A stretch of 44,532 nucleotides of DNA from a virus. Taxonomy: Duplodnaviria > Caudoviricetes. Below, piece by piece: positions 24,437 to 34,777 of this stretch (the stretch's first letter is position 1; every line of letters starts with the position of its first letter). The notes under the pieces were generated by a model that saw only the letters and a program-made list of their open reading frames with translations, was not told the origin of the DNA and did not search any database. Position numbers and translations under genes: made by a program. The stretch covers positions 1 through 44,532 of IMG/VR virus record IMGVR_UViG_3300042191_000124. The stretch is one strand, 5' to 3'.

Positions 24437-27400
24437 TAGTCATGGATCGCCTCACCGAACGTGACCTCGCGCGTGCCGTTGAGAACGTTGAGCGCACCGC
24501 CGGAGTTCTGTTCGCCCCACAGCTCGTAGTAATCGCCGGACGCCGGCGCATTGTCGCGTGCGACACACTGGACGACGGTTGCTTGTGATGCCGTCGCCAC
24601 CGCTGGCACTTTCTCCTCGGCGATGAAGGTCGTGTTGTTCTTCTTCCAGCGCGCCCGCCGATAGCCGGTGGCATTGGCGGCGAACGTGATCTGCCCGACC
24701 AGCCGAATCCCGCCGCGCCCGACCATCCCCGCAGGAACGGTGATGCGCGCCGTGTTCGATGAAACGTCGTGCAGCGGGCCGATGTCGTAGGTCTCGGCGT
24801 CGAACGTGATCGCCGCTTCCGTCCCAGTCGTGAGCGACTGCACAGCCCCGCTCTTGTAGGCCAAGCAGCGCCGCCGCGCCAGCCCGCGGAAGAACTGCAC
24901 CGCGTCGATTTTGACGAATCCCCCGCCCGCCGCATGGCCCGGCCACGAGAAGCCGAGCACCACGTAGCGGGTCGTGCTCCCCAGGACAACCCCCCCGACT
25001 AACGTCTGCGTCCCTGTCGTGGTCGTGGAGGCCAGCGTGGTGCGCGCGAGGAACGCCTTGGCTGCATCGTACTCCTCAACCACGATCGCCACGGCGGCCG
25101 GGAAGGCTGCCGACAGGTTGAACGCGACACTCCCCCACACCTCATCCAAGGGCTGCACCGGCAGATAGAGCGGCGTCCCGGTCGTGGAGTCATCCACCGG
25201 TGTCGTCCGATCGCATTGCTGGAGCCGGCTCGCGGGAACCCCGCACGTCCAGTATCCGCTCGTGGCCCCTTCGAGCTGGCCAACCGTGAGAGTGGACATC
25301 GTGCCGGCGGTCGCCGGGTCGCGGCGCCAGTAGGTCGTCCCGAGTTCCCACCCACCGTTCAAGGCCAGGTTGGTCCCGATCTCGGCCATCTGCTGCACAA
25401 CATCCGGCGCGAGGCTCGGCTGCGTAACTTGACCAGCGGTAACACTGAGAACTTTCCTGTAGGTCGTCCCGTCAGCCGCTGAGTCGAGCGTATCCGGATC
25501 GGCCGCCAAGGGCTTGGCCAGGAGGCGGTTGACCGCCTTGCCGCTGGACTCGTTGATGGTTGCGATGAGGTTCCCGGCAGTCAGCTTTCCCGCCGCCGCG
25601 TCGTTGATCTTCGCGTCGGTCACCGCCAGCCCCGCGATGCTCGTCGTCTGTACGAGCCCCGAGCTGATGTTCAGCACCCGCTTGTAGGTCGTCCCATCGC
25701 CGACCGAGTCGAACGTATCGGGATCGGCGGCCAGCGGCTTGGCGAAGAGACGGTTGAGCGCCTTGGCGCCCGACTCCTTGACCAGTGCGTCCGCCGTCTC
25801 GCCCACCGTGTCGGTCGCGATGAGCGCGTACTTCCCGTCGGTGTAGTCCTGCGCCCGCTTCGGCTTCCCGGTCCCATCGTCGATGAACGTGTCCACGAAC
25901 GCTTGCCGCGCCCGGAAGCGGAACACCGGCCCCGCCACGCCCGCCCCCGCCGCGTCCGGGTACGGCGTGATCGTCACGTACACAAGGTTCGCGTAGACGA
26001 ACGCCACCCCCGCGTCGAAGATCCCGTCCTGGCCCTCGACTACGGTCCCCGTCCCCGCCGCGGGGAACGCACTCGTCGAGGTCGCGACCTTGAAGGAGGC
26101 GACGCCCGTATTCCCGTAGACCTGGACGAACAGGCGGAGCGCCTTCCAGACGGCGTCGGCGGAGAGGATCGACACGGTCGGCAGGTAGGAGAAGCTGATC
26201 TGCGCCTGGGCGATGAGCGACTCGCCGCCACTGCCGTCCCCCGCCTCGTAGGCGAACACGCTCACGTAGAGCGTCTGGCCGTCCGTCAGCGTGGCGAGCG
26301 AAGCCGTCGTGAGCATCCCGCTCGCATCGAGGGCCTGCGCGGCCGCGGCGCGGACGGTCGCGGCGCTCGGGAAGGCGCTCGTCGAGGTGGCGATCTTCAC
26401 GCTGCGGCCGCCCGTCGCCCGCACGACGGCGGACACCACGCCCGAATCCGCCACGGACAGGGCCACCCCGAGCAGCGTGGGCGTCGTGAAGCCCAGCAGC
26501 GTCGCCGCCTCCGCGCCGGCGAAGATGTCCGCGTAGCCGTTCGTGAGCCAGCCGGTGAACTCCCACACGCCCTGGGTGAAGCTCACATCGGTCAGCCGCG
26601 CCAAGGCGACGAGCTGGCCCCGGAGCGCCCGCGCCGCGTGCGGATCCTTGGCCAGGAAGCGCGTCGTGCCGATCGTCACCGCGTCGGCCAGCTCGAGCTC
26701 GGGCCAGGGATCGAGCGTCCGGTACTGCCACAGCATCAAGCCGGTGGCGAGGGCTTCGCCGGTGCGCCGCGCCATCTCCTTCGCCTGCGGGCCCGAGTAG
26801 ACGTACTTCCCCGCTTCCTCGGAGAACTTCTCCTCGGCATCGACCCGGGCGGGGCCGAGCTTCGTCAGCGCAACGGTGCTCTGCCAGATCGCCTCGTCGT
26901 CAAACTGGTTCTTCTCGTTGCTCCAATTCCAGGCGACCGAGACCCGCGGCCGCCGCTCCCGGAAGCCCGGGACGATCCGCAGGGGGATCACCCGGTCCTC
27001 TGGGAAGTGGGCGACGGGGGCGCGCTGGTCGAAGAAGTCCACCGCCACGATCCGGCCCTGACTGGAGACGACGGACCGCCCGAATACCGCGGCCAGCGCA
27101 TCCGCTTCGTCCGCCGCGTTCGCGTCGGTGATGGTCTTCGAGACCGTGAGCGTCTCCGTCACGCCGGGGCCGATGTGGCGCGTCGGCACTTCGGCTTGGT
27201 TCAGGAGGTCGGCATAGACGACGTTGGCCGCCTGGTTCGTGTAGACGAGCGCGGCGCGCTGGCCGGTCACGCGGAGCTGCGCCCAGGAGACCTGCACCCG
27301 GCGGGCCCCGGCGCCGGAGGCCACGTTGGCCCGGAAGAGGAGGCGGAGATCGGTGTAGTCTGAAACGCTCTGCGCCTGCGCCGCCGACAGCGCGAGCGAG

Positions 27401-29220
27401 AAGTCCGTCCACTCGTCGGGCACCGTGATGGGGTCGCCCACCATCTTCTGCGTCGCGCCCTGCAGCAGCTCGACCCCGAGTGTGAGCACTTCGCCCCCCG
27501 TCGCGTCTTTCTTGCAGCGGAAGTCCACGAAGTGCCCGGTGTCGCGGTTGGGGTCCGCGAGGTTCGACAGGCCGAACGTCACGGCGTCGTTCGTCGGGGA
27601 CGCGGGGCTCTGGACGTAATCGGTATCGTCCGACACCGCCTCGTCGATCGTGAGGTGAATGTTGACCGCCCCCCCCGCCTGATCCGTCCAGCCGTCGGGG
27701 TTCGACACGGTGCTGTCCGGCGTCTCCACCCCCGACCCCGCGAGGTCGTACTTCGGCAGCCGGGCCGAGATCAGCGCGTTCGCCCCGAGCAGTTCGATCC
27801 CCACCGCCGCGGCGCCGGGCTCGAAATCGTCCACCACCACGAAGCTGTCGATCAGCGTCCACTGACTCTTGGGGAGCGCCGTCTCCCCGACGTACCAGCG
27901 GAACTCCAGGTTGACGAGATCGTAGGTGGTGAGCAGGTCTTCAATCGTGGACTGAAAATCCCGCCGACCGTTCTTCACCGCGCGCAGCGTCGCGGTCGTG
28001 ATCCGGCCCTGGAGCGTGACCGGGTCCACGTGGCTCGTGTAGCTCACGATGTGCGCGACGTGGGAGAGATCGACGACGGTCTTCTCCTCCATCCCCAGCT
28101 TGCGGAGGATGGGCGTGAGGCTCCCCGCGCCGTTCGGCGTCAGCGTGGCGCGGACCTTGCGCGTCTGGGTAGCCGTGAGCCCCAGCTCGGTGAACGTCTG
28201 GCCGTCCACGTAGACGACCCAGGCGGTGTCGGCATCGTTGCGGATCTCGTAGGTGACGCTCGTCCCCGGTGGCGTGTCCGCGAGGCTCGCGAGATAGACG
28301 GGGCCCGTCGGCGCCGCGCCGAGGTCGAGCAGGTTGCCCGCGGAGAACGTGATGATCTTCTGGGTGAAGCTGCCCGTCTCGATGGTGAGCTTCGGCACCC
28401 CGCCGGCGGTGCCCGTGTCCCCATACGTCCCGGCGGGCACCGGGATCCCCGCCCAGATGCCGCTGTAGGGGAAGTCCTTGAGCAGTGCGCTGCGCAAGAC
28501 GTTCCCGGTCCCGAACGTTTGGATCGTGTTGTCGTAGCCCCAGCCGACATTCGTCACCGCCGAGCCGTCGGCCGCGTGGGCCGTGATGATCGCGATGGTG
28601 CAGGGGTGCAGATACTCGGGGAAGTTGGCGGCGAGGAAGAAGTACACCCCGGGCGTCACGGTCGGGGCGCCCAAGGCTTTGGGCCGCGGCCGCGTGGGCA
28701 GCGCCGAATAGTCGAAGGTCACCTCGCCGGCGGCATCGCCCGCCGCCGCGACGTCGAGGGGCTCGGCGATCTGTGCGAGGCGGAGCAGCGGGACATCTTG
28801 CAGCCCAAGGGTGACGCCGAGCACGTGGTAGAGTCGGCACCGCCACCAGGCGACCGCGCGGCCCGTGCCGGCCTGGTTGGGATGCAGGCTCGCCTTGACC
28901 CGCATGATCTCGCGGTTCGCGTCGTCGGTGCCGCCCCAGCTGATGAGGGCGGCGGAGTACGGGAAGTCGTTGTTGAGGTCGGTGAAGAAGCTCGAGCCCG
29001 TGGTGGAGCTGATGAGGGCGGCGATGGTGGAGGCGAGCCGCAGCCCCCCGTCCACCACGAACTCGAAGTCCGCGCCCGAGGGCGGGCCGTCGCCGGCCAG
29101 CCAGTCCGCCTGCGTCTGTTTGATCGCGGCGGCGGTGATGGCGTGACATTCGACGGGATAGCGAAGCTTCGACGCGGCGCGCCGGAGCCGCGCAGCGAGT
29201 TGGGGCGAGACGGGCCGCAT
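24433..29220 (-). CDS. Large tail-tip / host-specificity protein
   Basis: 1595 aa at the distal end of the tail module; beta-rich; CBM-like NLALNGGWE segment near the C-terminus. Confidence 0.8.
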   Translation of the reverse strand: MRPVSPQLAARLRRAASKLRYPVECHAITAAAIKQTQADWLAGDGPPSGADFEFVVDGGLRLASTIAALISSTTGSSFFTDLNNDFPYSAALISWGGTDDANREIMRVKASLHPNQAGTGRAVAWWRCRLYHVLGVTLGLQDVPLLRLAQIAEPLDVAAAGDAAGEVTFDYSALPTRPRPKALGAPTVTPGVYFFLAANFPEYLHPCTIAIITAHAADGSAVTNVGWGYDNTIQTFGTGNVLRSALLKDFPYSGIWAGIPVPAGTYGDTGTAGGVPKLTIETGSFTQKIITFSAGNLLDLGAAPTGPVYLASLADTPPGTSVTYEIRNDADTAWVVYVDGQTFTELGLTATQTRKVRATLTPNGAGSLTPILRKLGMEEKTVVDLSHVAHIVSYTSHVDPVTLQGRITTATLRAVKNGRRDFQSTIEDLLTTYDLVNLEFRWYVGETALPKSQWTLIDSFVVVDDFEPGAAAVGIELLGANALISARLPKYDLAGSGVETPDSTVSNPDGWTDQAGGAVNIHLTIDEAVSDDTDYVQSPASPTNDAVTFGLSNLADPNRDTGHFVDFRCKKDATGGEVLTLGVELLQGATQKMVGDPITVPDEWTDFSLALSAAQAQSVSDYTDLRLLFRANVASGAGARRVQVSWAQLRVTGQRAALVYTNQAANVVYADLLNQAEVPTRHIGPGVTETLTVSKTITDANAADEADALAAVFGRSVVSSQGRIVAVDFFDQRAPVAHFPEDRVIPLRIVPGFRERRPRVSVAWNWSNEKNQFDDEAIWQSTVALTKLGPARVDAEEKFSEEAGKYVYSGPQAKEMARRTGEALATGLMLWQYRTLDPWPELELADAVTIGTTRFLAKDPHAARALRGQLVALARLTDVSFTQGVWEFTGWLTNGYADIFAGAEAATLLGFTTPTLLGVALSVADSGVVSAVVRATGGRSVKIATSTSAFPSAATVRAAAAQALDASGMLTTASLATLTDGQTLYVSVFAYEAGDGSGGESLIAQAQISFSYLPTVSILSADAVWKALRLFVQVYGNTGVASFKVATSTSAFPAAGTGTVVEGQDGIFDAGVAFVYANLVYVTITPYPDAAGAGVAGPVFRFRARQAFVDTFIDDGTGKPKRAQDYTDGKYALIATDTVGETADALVKESGAKALNRLFAKPLAADPDTFDSVGDGTTYKRVLNISSGLVQTTSIAGLAVTDAKINDAAAGKLTAGNLIATINESSGKAVNRLLAKPLAADPDTLDSAADGTTYRKVLSVTAGQVTQPSLAPDVVQQMAEIGTNLALNGGWELGTTYWRRDPATAGTMSTLTVGQLEGATSGYWTCGVPASRLQQCDRTTPVDDSTTGTPLYLPVQPLDEVWGSVAFNLSAAFPAAVAIVVEEYDAAKAFLARTTLASTTTTGTQTLVGGVVLGSTTRYVVLGFSWPGHAAGGGFVKIDAVQFFRGLARRRCLAYKSGAVQSLTTGTEAAITFDAETYDIGPLHDVSSNTARITVPAGMVGRGGIRLVGQITFAANATGYRRARWKKNNTTFIAEEKVPAVATASQATVVQCVARDNAPASGDYYELWGEQNSGGALNVLNGTREVTFGEAIHDY

Positions 29221-29246
29221 CTAGCGGCCCCGCCCGGGGGCGGCCA

Positions 29247-30575
29247 CTAGGGCACCGCCAAGCATTCGGCGAGCGAGAACAACCCCCGGAATACGATCAC
29301 GTCGAGGAGGACGCCGTAGAGCTCCCCACCCGCTGCACCTGTGCCGCCGATATGCAGGGTCTGGTCCCCAAATGCGGCAAAACTGGGGGCCGGGCCCGTG
29401 TCCGTACCGAAGCCCCCGCCCACGTCGAGGCGCGCAAACCCGCCCGTCGTGAGCGCGCGGAATTGTTCGCACACGGTCAGTTGAGCGCCAGCAGGAATAG
29501 CCAACACGGGCGCGATGCTCCCGGTGGCGGTCGTAATTCTGGCGAGGAGCTGGCGCGCGATGCTCGCGAAGTAACCGCTGAGTTTCGGGTTGGCACTACT
29601 CAGTTCGTAGATGTGGAGGTTGGAGCCAGTCGTCAGCGTTCCCGCCGCATCCGCGTGAACCGGCCGCGCCAGTCGTGCCAGCACGGTGAGGTCCATCGGC
29701 CCGAAGTTGAACGGCACGGTGAGGCTGTCCGCTGCCCGGGTGACCGCACTCGCCACCGTCTTGATGTAGGAGGATGGGAACGCCGCGCCGCGCTCAAACT
29801 GGGCGCCCCAGACGTACAGCCCGCTCGTGCCGTCTCCGTCGTAGGAGACGTTGCCGCCAGCGTTTGCCAACTGCACGATGATCCAGCCTGACGTAATGCC
29901 GCTGGCGATCTTTCCGCCCAGTCCGACGCGATACCACCCGTCCGCAAGCTTCGTGATTGACGACACGTACAGCGACCCACTGCCTCGCGCAACCGCGCCG
30001 CTCAGCGTCCCAGCGGACAGGTCCACATCCACCCGCGCCCCTTCGCTCCCCGCCCCATTGGTGAGATAGATCTGTGCCTTCGTCCGTTCGGCGGCTCTGA
30101 GAAAAATTGCGTCTGCGACGTTCTCGTCGGCGGTGATCGTGAGTGACTGCGCGACAAAATGCGTGCTCGCGGCGGTCGCGTCCTCCACGAGCTTGTCGGC
30201 GGTCAGCGTCCCATCGGGGGCGGTGATGGCGTTCGCGCTGATACTGGCGCGTGTCTTTTGCCACGTCGCGTTGTCAAACGTCTCAGACTGGAGCAGCGAG
30301 TTCACCCGGATTCCCTCCAGCAGAATCCCCGGGGTTTCTCTGATGCCATCCCCGTCGAGGTCCACCCACTCGATGCGCACCTTGTTCGCCGCCGCGAGCC
30401 GCAGAATCCCGTCGCGGTCGAGGTAGGTCGCGCACGTCGAAGCATCGGCGCGCGTGAACGTCTCGACGAGTCCGGGGATCGCGCGCCCCGCGCCGTTGCA
30501 GGCGAGGACGCCAAACCGCTGCAGCGTCCGCCCGCCAATCCGGAGCAGGATGTCCCGCGTCTGGACTTCGGCCAT
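29247..30575 (-). CDS. Virion spike/fiber protein with carbohydrate-binding-like domain
   Basis: TFTRA...ATY...GILLEG.RVNSL...YVWGAQFE...PSSYIKT...VTRAAD pattern of spike-fiber proteins. Confidence 0.75.
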   Translation of the reverse strand: MAEVQTRDILLRIGGRTLQRFGVLACNGAGRAIPGLVETFTRADASTCATYLDRDGILRLAAANKVRIEWVDLDGDGIRETPGILLEGIRVNSLLQSETFDNATWQKTRASISANAITAPDGTLTADKLVEDATAASTHFVAQSLTITADENVADAIFLRAAERTKAQIYLTNGAGSEGARVDVDLSAGTLSGAVARGSGSLYVSSITKLADGWYRVGLGGKIASGITSGWIIVQLANAGGNVSYDGDGTSGLYVWGAQFERGAAFPSSYIKTVASAVTRAADSLTVPFNFGPMDLTVLARLARPVHADAAGTLTTGSNLHIYELSSANPKLSGYFASIARQLLARITTATGSIAPVLAIPAGAQLTVCEQFRALTTGGFARLDVGGGFGTDTGPAPSFAAFGDQTLHIGGTGAAGGELYGVLLDVIVFRGLFSLAECLAVP

Positions 30576-31402
30576 TAGAGCGCCCCCTCCTTCGGCTCGT
30601 GCACCTCATAGGGGAGCTGCCCGAACGGATAGAAGTACGAGCGGTCCTGCTTGAACCCGAGCCGCTGCTCGGGCCGATGCACCAGTAGCGCCTGCTCCGC
30701 CCGGGCCTCGTCGAAGATCAGCACGGCGGGCGACTCGGCCCCGTACCGCTTGAGGTGATACCGGAACTGCTCGTAGGCGTCGAACGTGGCGTGGTGGATC
30801 GGCACGCTCCCCGAGGGGAAGACCGTCCGCCGGCCCATGCCCACGTAGCCCGCTTCGTTGCGCTCCCGCGTGGCGAGGAGATCGTTCGCGTCGGGGAACT
30901 CGCCCAGGTCGCGGTCGAAGGAGTAGGAGAGACCGACGAGGCCGTTCACGAGCGGCTTGAGCCCCGCGCCCATCGCGACGGAATAGATCCGCACCGCCGC
31001 CGCCGCTCGCCTGGGGAACCGCTTGAGCCACATCGTGCCGTCCTCGCACACCACGCCCAGCGCGTCATCCACCGAGCCGGTGCCCGGCACGGTCGGCAGC
31101 GCGGCGCTGAAGATCGTCTGCGCGGGGGTGGCGAAGTCGTCATCCGACGCCTCGATCTTCACCGTCTCGCCCAAGAGGTTGTGATTCCAGAGGCACACGA
31201 AATCGAACGCCCGCACGCGGTCGAAGATCGCCTTGATCCACCAGTCGGAGTTGGCCGTCGTGGCGGACGCCTGCTGGTCGCGCCGGCCCGCCGCGAAGCG
31301 GGACGCCTCGAGCCCCGTCGGCTCCTCCTCGGCCGTGACCGCATGGCTGGGGTACTGCTCGACGGTGTCGAACAGGTTGTCCACGCATAACAAAGCACTC
31401 AT
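30575..31402 (-). CDS. Distal tail (Dit-position) structural protein
   Basis: 275 aa, first structural gene after the tape measure; synteny only. Confidence 0.55.
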   Translation of the reverse strand: MSALLCVDNLFDTVEQYPSHAVTAEEEPTGLEASRFAAGRRDQQASATTANSDWWIKAIFDRVRAFDFVCLWNHNLLGETVKIEASDDDFATPAQTIFSAALPTVPGTGSVDDALGVVCEDGTMWLKRFPRRAAAAVRIYSVAMGAGLKPLVNGLVGLSYSFDRDLGEFPDANDLLATRERNEAGYVGMGRRTVFPSGSVPIHHATFDAYEQFRYHLKRYGAESPAVLIFDEARAEQALLVHRPEQRLGFKQDRSYFYPFGQLPYEVHEPKEGAL

Positions 31403-31890
31403 CGAAGCGCCTCACGAATCTGCGCTTGACGTCTTGGAGAAAGAAACCGATAGACGGTCAGTAAGAAACCACGCGCGCGCGGCCCACAGGCATACCATCG
31501 CCACATGAGCCCGCCGCCAATGCTGTTGGCCGCACCCCAGTGGCCTGTCGATCCGCCGAACAAGTCACGCATTCGATGGGGCAGCCACGCGTCTTTCTGC
31601 GATACATTCGCAGTGACCGACCCACCCGTGCGGGTAGCGTGGCCCTCTCCCTCGTAGATGCCAGCCGCCCAGGCGATGTCGCGGGCGGTCGGCGTAACGA
31701 TGGAAGGACAGTGCCTCCATGTGCGATAGCGCCGACTGAGCCCTAGCCGTCGCCCCATGAGCTGGAGCGAATGGAAGCTCCGTCCTGGCAACATGGAGAG
31801 CAGTTGGCCACGCGGGGTTGACCGGTAGTGCCTGGTCAATGTTTCGCGCTCAGCATCGCTCCAGCGTTTGCAGATGTCACCTTTTTTCAT
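31399..31890 (-). CDS. Free-standing LAGLIDADG-type homing endonuclease
   Basis: IAWAAGIYEGEGH helix, VSQKD, FGG; N-terminal W...E...L...Y Myb/HTH-like segment. Confidence 0.78.
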   Translation of the reverse strand: MKKGDICKRWSDAERETLTRHYRSTPRGQLLSMLPGRSFHSLQLMGRRLGLSRRYRTWRHCPSIVTPTARDIAWAAGIYEGEGHATRTGGSVTANVSQKDAWLPHRMRDLFGGSTGHWGAANSIGGGLMWRWYACGPRARGFLLTVYRFLSPRRQAQIREALR

Positions 31891-33278
31891 ATGCCCCCCA
31901 ACCGCGGTTCGCCGCCCAAGCGTTCGGCCCGGCGCATCTCGTAGAGCCCCGCCTCCGTGGTCCCGTCCGCATTGATGACCGTGACCCGCAGGAAGCCCTC
32001 ATGGAGCGTGCCGAGCAGCTCGCGATGCCGGCGCTCCTCCGCCCGCTCGCGCTCGCTGTCCTTCCGATCAAAGAGCGAAATGAGCGACCCGAACGTGCTG
32101 GCGATGATGCCAATCGGCCCCAGGCTGGCGAGCCCCTCGATACCGGAGAGGCCCGAGAGCATCGCCCCACCGGCGCCGAAGATCGCCCCCGGCCCGCCCT
32201 GCTGGGCGAGCTGCACCGCCGACAGAAAGGACTGGGCGATGAGCACCCCGGTCGGCGTGGCGGCCTTCTTGAGGGCCTTGCCGCTCTCTTTCTCGAGGTC
32301 CGACAAAAAGAACTCCCGCGGTGCGAACTTCTCGGGCGTTGCGAGCTTGCCGAATAGCCCCCCCTTCTCAACGTTGCCACCGCCCCCGATCCCCACGAAC
32401 GGCAACCGCAGGTTGCCGAGCCGACCGGTGGCCAGGTCGCGCTCCAGCACCTCCGCCATCGCCGCCCGCAGGGCATTGCCGTAGAGCTGCCCCGCTTCAG
32501 TCCCCAGGCGCTTGAACTGCGGCGCCGCGGCGAACAGGGTCCGTAGTTGGGAGTTGAGGTCGAGGAAGCGAATCCCGGTGAGAAACGCCTGGGCCCACTT
32601 CGTCCCATCGTCCTGCGCATCGGCGATGAGTTGGACTTTCGCTTCCGCCAACTGCTGGCGGCGTGCTCCAACAACGCGGTTGGCGGCATCGAGGGCGTTC
32701 TGGGCCAGCGCGATCTCGCCCGGCGTCCCGCGCGCCACCGGACCACGCGGCGACGGGACCGTCGAGGTGAGCCGGTTGAACTTTTCCTGGGCGGCGGTTG
32801 CCTCCGTCTGCGCAGCAGTAAGCTGATTTTGGATGGCCACGACGGGCTTGCCCTGGGCGATGATGTCACGCCACGACTGATTGAGGCGATCCGCACTCGC
32901 CGTGAGTGCATCGGCGGCAGCACTCGCGAACTTCCAGGCGAGCGCGATCGCGCCCGCCCCAGCCACCGCCCCCGTGACGACGAGCGATCCGGCCCCCAGG
33001 AGCCCGAGCCCCGCTGCCACTTTGCCGAGCGGCCCCGGGATGCCCGCCGCCTGGAACGCAAGCGTGCGGAGCCCGTTCTCCATGAGGTTGAGACCCTTGC
33101 GCGAACCGGCCGTCGACGTGACGAGCCGGTTGTTGGCCACGACCATCCGGTCGAAGCCCAGCGACGCCGTGCCCGACGCCGTGCCCGTCACCTGCACATC
33201 ACGCCGCAGCTCGGCGAGCGCGGCGCGCGCCAAGTTCTCGGCAACGATGCGGATGCGGGTTTCTGGGGTCGCGGCCAC
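31887..33278 (-). CDS. Tape measure protein (short, 463 aa)
   Basis: Ala/Gly-rich and helical; RIRIVAEN.A..AL N-terminus; follows the frameshifting chaperone. Confidence 0.8.
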   Translation of the reverse strand: MAATPETRIRIVAENLARAALAELRRDVQVTGTASGTASLGFDRMVVANNRLVTSTAGSRKGLNLMENGLRTLAFQAAGIPGPLGKVAAGLGLLGAGSLVVTGAVAGAGAIALAWKFASAAADALTASADRLNQSWRDIIAQGKPVVAIQNQLTAAQTEATAAQEKFNRLTSTVPSPRGPVARGTPGEIALAQNALDAANRVVGARRQQLAEAKVQLIADAQDDGTKWAQAFLTGIRFLDLNSQLRTLFAAAPQFKRLGTEAGQLYGNALRAAMAEVLERDLATGRLGNLRLPFVGIGGGGNVEKGGLFGKLATPEKFAPREFFLSDLEKESGKALKKAATPTGVLIAQSFLSAVQLAQQGGPGAIFGAGGAMLSGLSGIEGLASLGPIGIIASTFGSLISLFDRKDSERERAEERRHRELLGTLHEGFLRVTVINADGTTEAGLYEMRRAERLGGEPRLGGI

Positions 33279-33279
33279 G

Positions 33280-33516
33280 TTACTCGGTCCCTTCAGGGAA
33301 CGCTTCAGCCAATAGGTCCGGGTCGCTCAGGAGGGCCCAGAGTTTCCAGGGGATCACGCCATCGGGGGTCTGCCACACCGGACTCCAATAGAGTCCGGGC
33401 CAGTGCTTCAGAAAGCGGAGGGCACCGACACAGGTCAGGTCGTCGGGTTTGACGGGAGCGGGGGCTCCGGCGTTGAGGGCGGCTGGCGCCCCGCCAGTTG
33501 GCAGACGAAAAAACCC
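33280..33516 (-). CDS. -1 frameshift extension (gpGT-like) of the chaperone
   Basis: GGGTTTT at 33516-33510; the -1 frame is open (FRLPTGG...WPGLYW...FPEGTE) to TAA at 33280-33282, 1 nt before the TMP start. Confidence 0.85.
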   Translation of the reverse strand, partial: GFFRLPTGGAPAALNAGAPAPVKPDDLTCVGALRFLKHWPGLYWSPVWQTPDGVIPWKLWALLSDPDLLAEAFPEGTE

Positions 33517-33797
33517 TCCGCCATCTGCTCCAATGCCACGGATGGCAGGTTGATCATCTCCTCGACGATCTCGTCCGCGAAGCCCAGCGAACTGAACATC
33601 CGGCGTAGTTCTGTCTCGTACTGATCGTCAGTGAGCGCGTCCCCCGTCTCCGGTTGCGTAAGCCACTTCTCAAAGACCTTCACCCATCTGATGTATTCCA
33701 GGTGCGACCACAGCCGCCCCGTATGGGTGACGCCCGCCCGGTCGATGTAGGTGGGCGGCTCATGGGCTTTGATCCACGCCTGCGCGTCAAAACTCAT
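33435..33797 (-). CDS. Tail assembly chaperone (gpG-like)
   Basis: 120 aa from ATG 33797, between tail tube and TMP; ends with slippery G GGT TTT. Confidence 0.8.
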   Translation of the reverse strand: MSFDAQAWIKAHEPPTYIDRAGVTHTGRLWSHLEYIRWVKVFEKWLTQPETGDALTDDQYETELRRMFSSLGFADEIVEEMINLPSVALEQMAEGFFVCQLAGRQPPSTPEPPLPSNPTT

Positions 33798-34774
33798 GAG
33801 GCGTAGAGCAGATTGAAGCGGTTCGTCCCGCCCGGATCGAGGACGCCCTTGGCGCCGAAGCGCACGAGACCGTTCTCGTCCTCGTAGGTAAAGGGCTCCT
33901 TGGTGATCTGGGCGCGGTCCGCCGTGAGCACGATCTTGTTGCTCCCGCCCCCCACCCCGAGCGTCTGGATCAGGGCTTCCTGCGCGCGCGAGCTCCACTT
34001 GAGCCCGGGGTTGTAGTCGACGATGCGCGCGGCTTCGACCGCGACGTCCCATGTCAGCTTCCGGCCCGTGATCAGGTGCCGCGTGTTCGCCGAGTTCGCA
34101 TTGTCGCGGAACTGCAGGATGTTCTCGAGCGTGACGCTCGACCGCTTGACGAACGCCGTCGTGAGCGTGCCGAGCTGCCACGAGGCCGCCGCCGCGTAGG
34201 CCGGCGGGATCGACGTCTGGTACGTCGGCGCGATCAGCGCCGCGTCCGTGGGCTCGACGTACTGGCCGCGCGCCACGACGTCGATGAAGCCCGGCTTCCC
34301 CGCCTCACCCGAGTAGACGAGCTTCGACACCTTCGCGGCGAGCAGCTTGTGGAGTACCCAGACGTTCGTGTCGAGCCCCTTGAAGGCGTAGAACGTCAGG
34401 CTGGGCTGGCCGGCCGCGAGGACGGAGAGCGTGTCGTAGGTCCACTGGGCGGTCGCGAACGCGGCCGACATGAGCGCGCCCTGCAGGATGGCATGGGGCT
34501 CGGGGCCGGCGGTCGTCGCGTAGGCCGAGCCCTTGCCACGCTGGTAGAGCCGGAAGCCGATCTCACCCCAGAGATAGGACGGGGCGAGCGGGGCGGCAGA
34601 CTCGAGCTTCTGGTTGTCCAGCTCGTCCTGGTCGTTGTCGATGTAGGCGCCCCAGTTGATCGTGGCGGGGGCGACGAGCTGCAGCGCGTCGGGAGCGGTG
34701 GGAACGGCGTCGGTGCCCTCGACGGTTTCGAGTTTGGCGAACACGACCTGGAGGCGCTTGATCTGCGTCGGCAT
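33794..34774 (-). CDS. Major tail tube protein
   Basis: VFAKLETVEGTDAVP N-terminus, ITGRK; position before chaperone and TMP. Confidence 0.8.
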   Translation of the reverse strand: MPTQIKRLQVVFAKLETVEGTDAVPTAPDALQLVAPATINWGAYIDNDQDELDNQKLESAAPLAPSYLWGEIGFRLYQRGKGSAYATTAGPEPHAILQGALMSAAFATAQWTYDTLSVLAAGQPSLTFYAFKGLDTNVWVLHKLLAAKVSKLVYSGEAGKPGFIDVVARGQYVEPTDAALIAPTYQTSIPPAYAAAASWQLGTLTTAFVKRSSVTLENILQFRDNANSANTRHLITGRKLTWDVAVEAARIVDYNPGLKWSSRAQEALIQTLGVGGGSNKIVLTADRAQITKEPFTYEDENGLVRFGAKGVLDPGGTNRFNLLYAS

Positions 34775-34777
34775 GGT

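Noticed and set aside
25447-25779. Repeat pair as a DGR template/variable region
   Set aside because: Both copies are in-frame coding, mismatches are not adenine-specific, and no reverse transcriptase is present.
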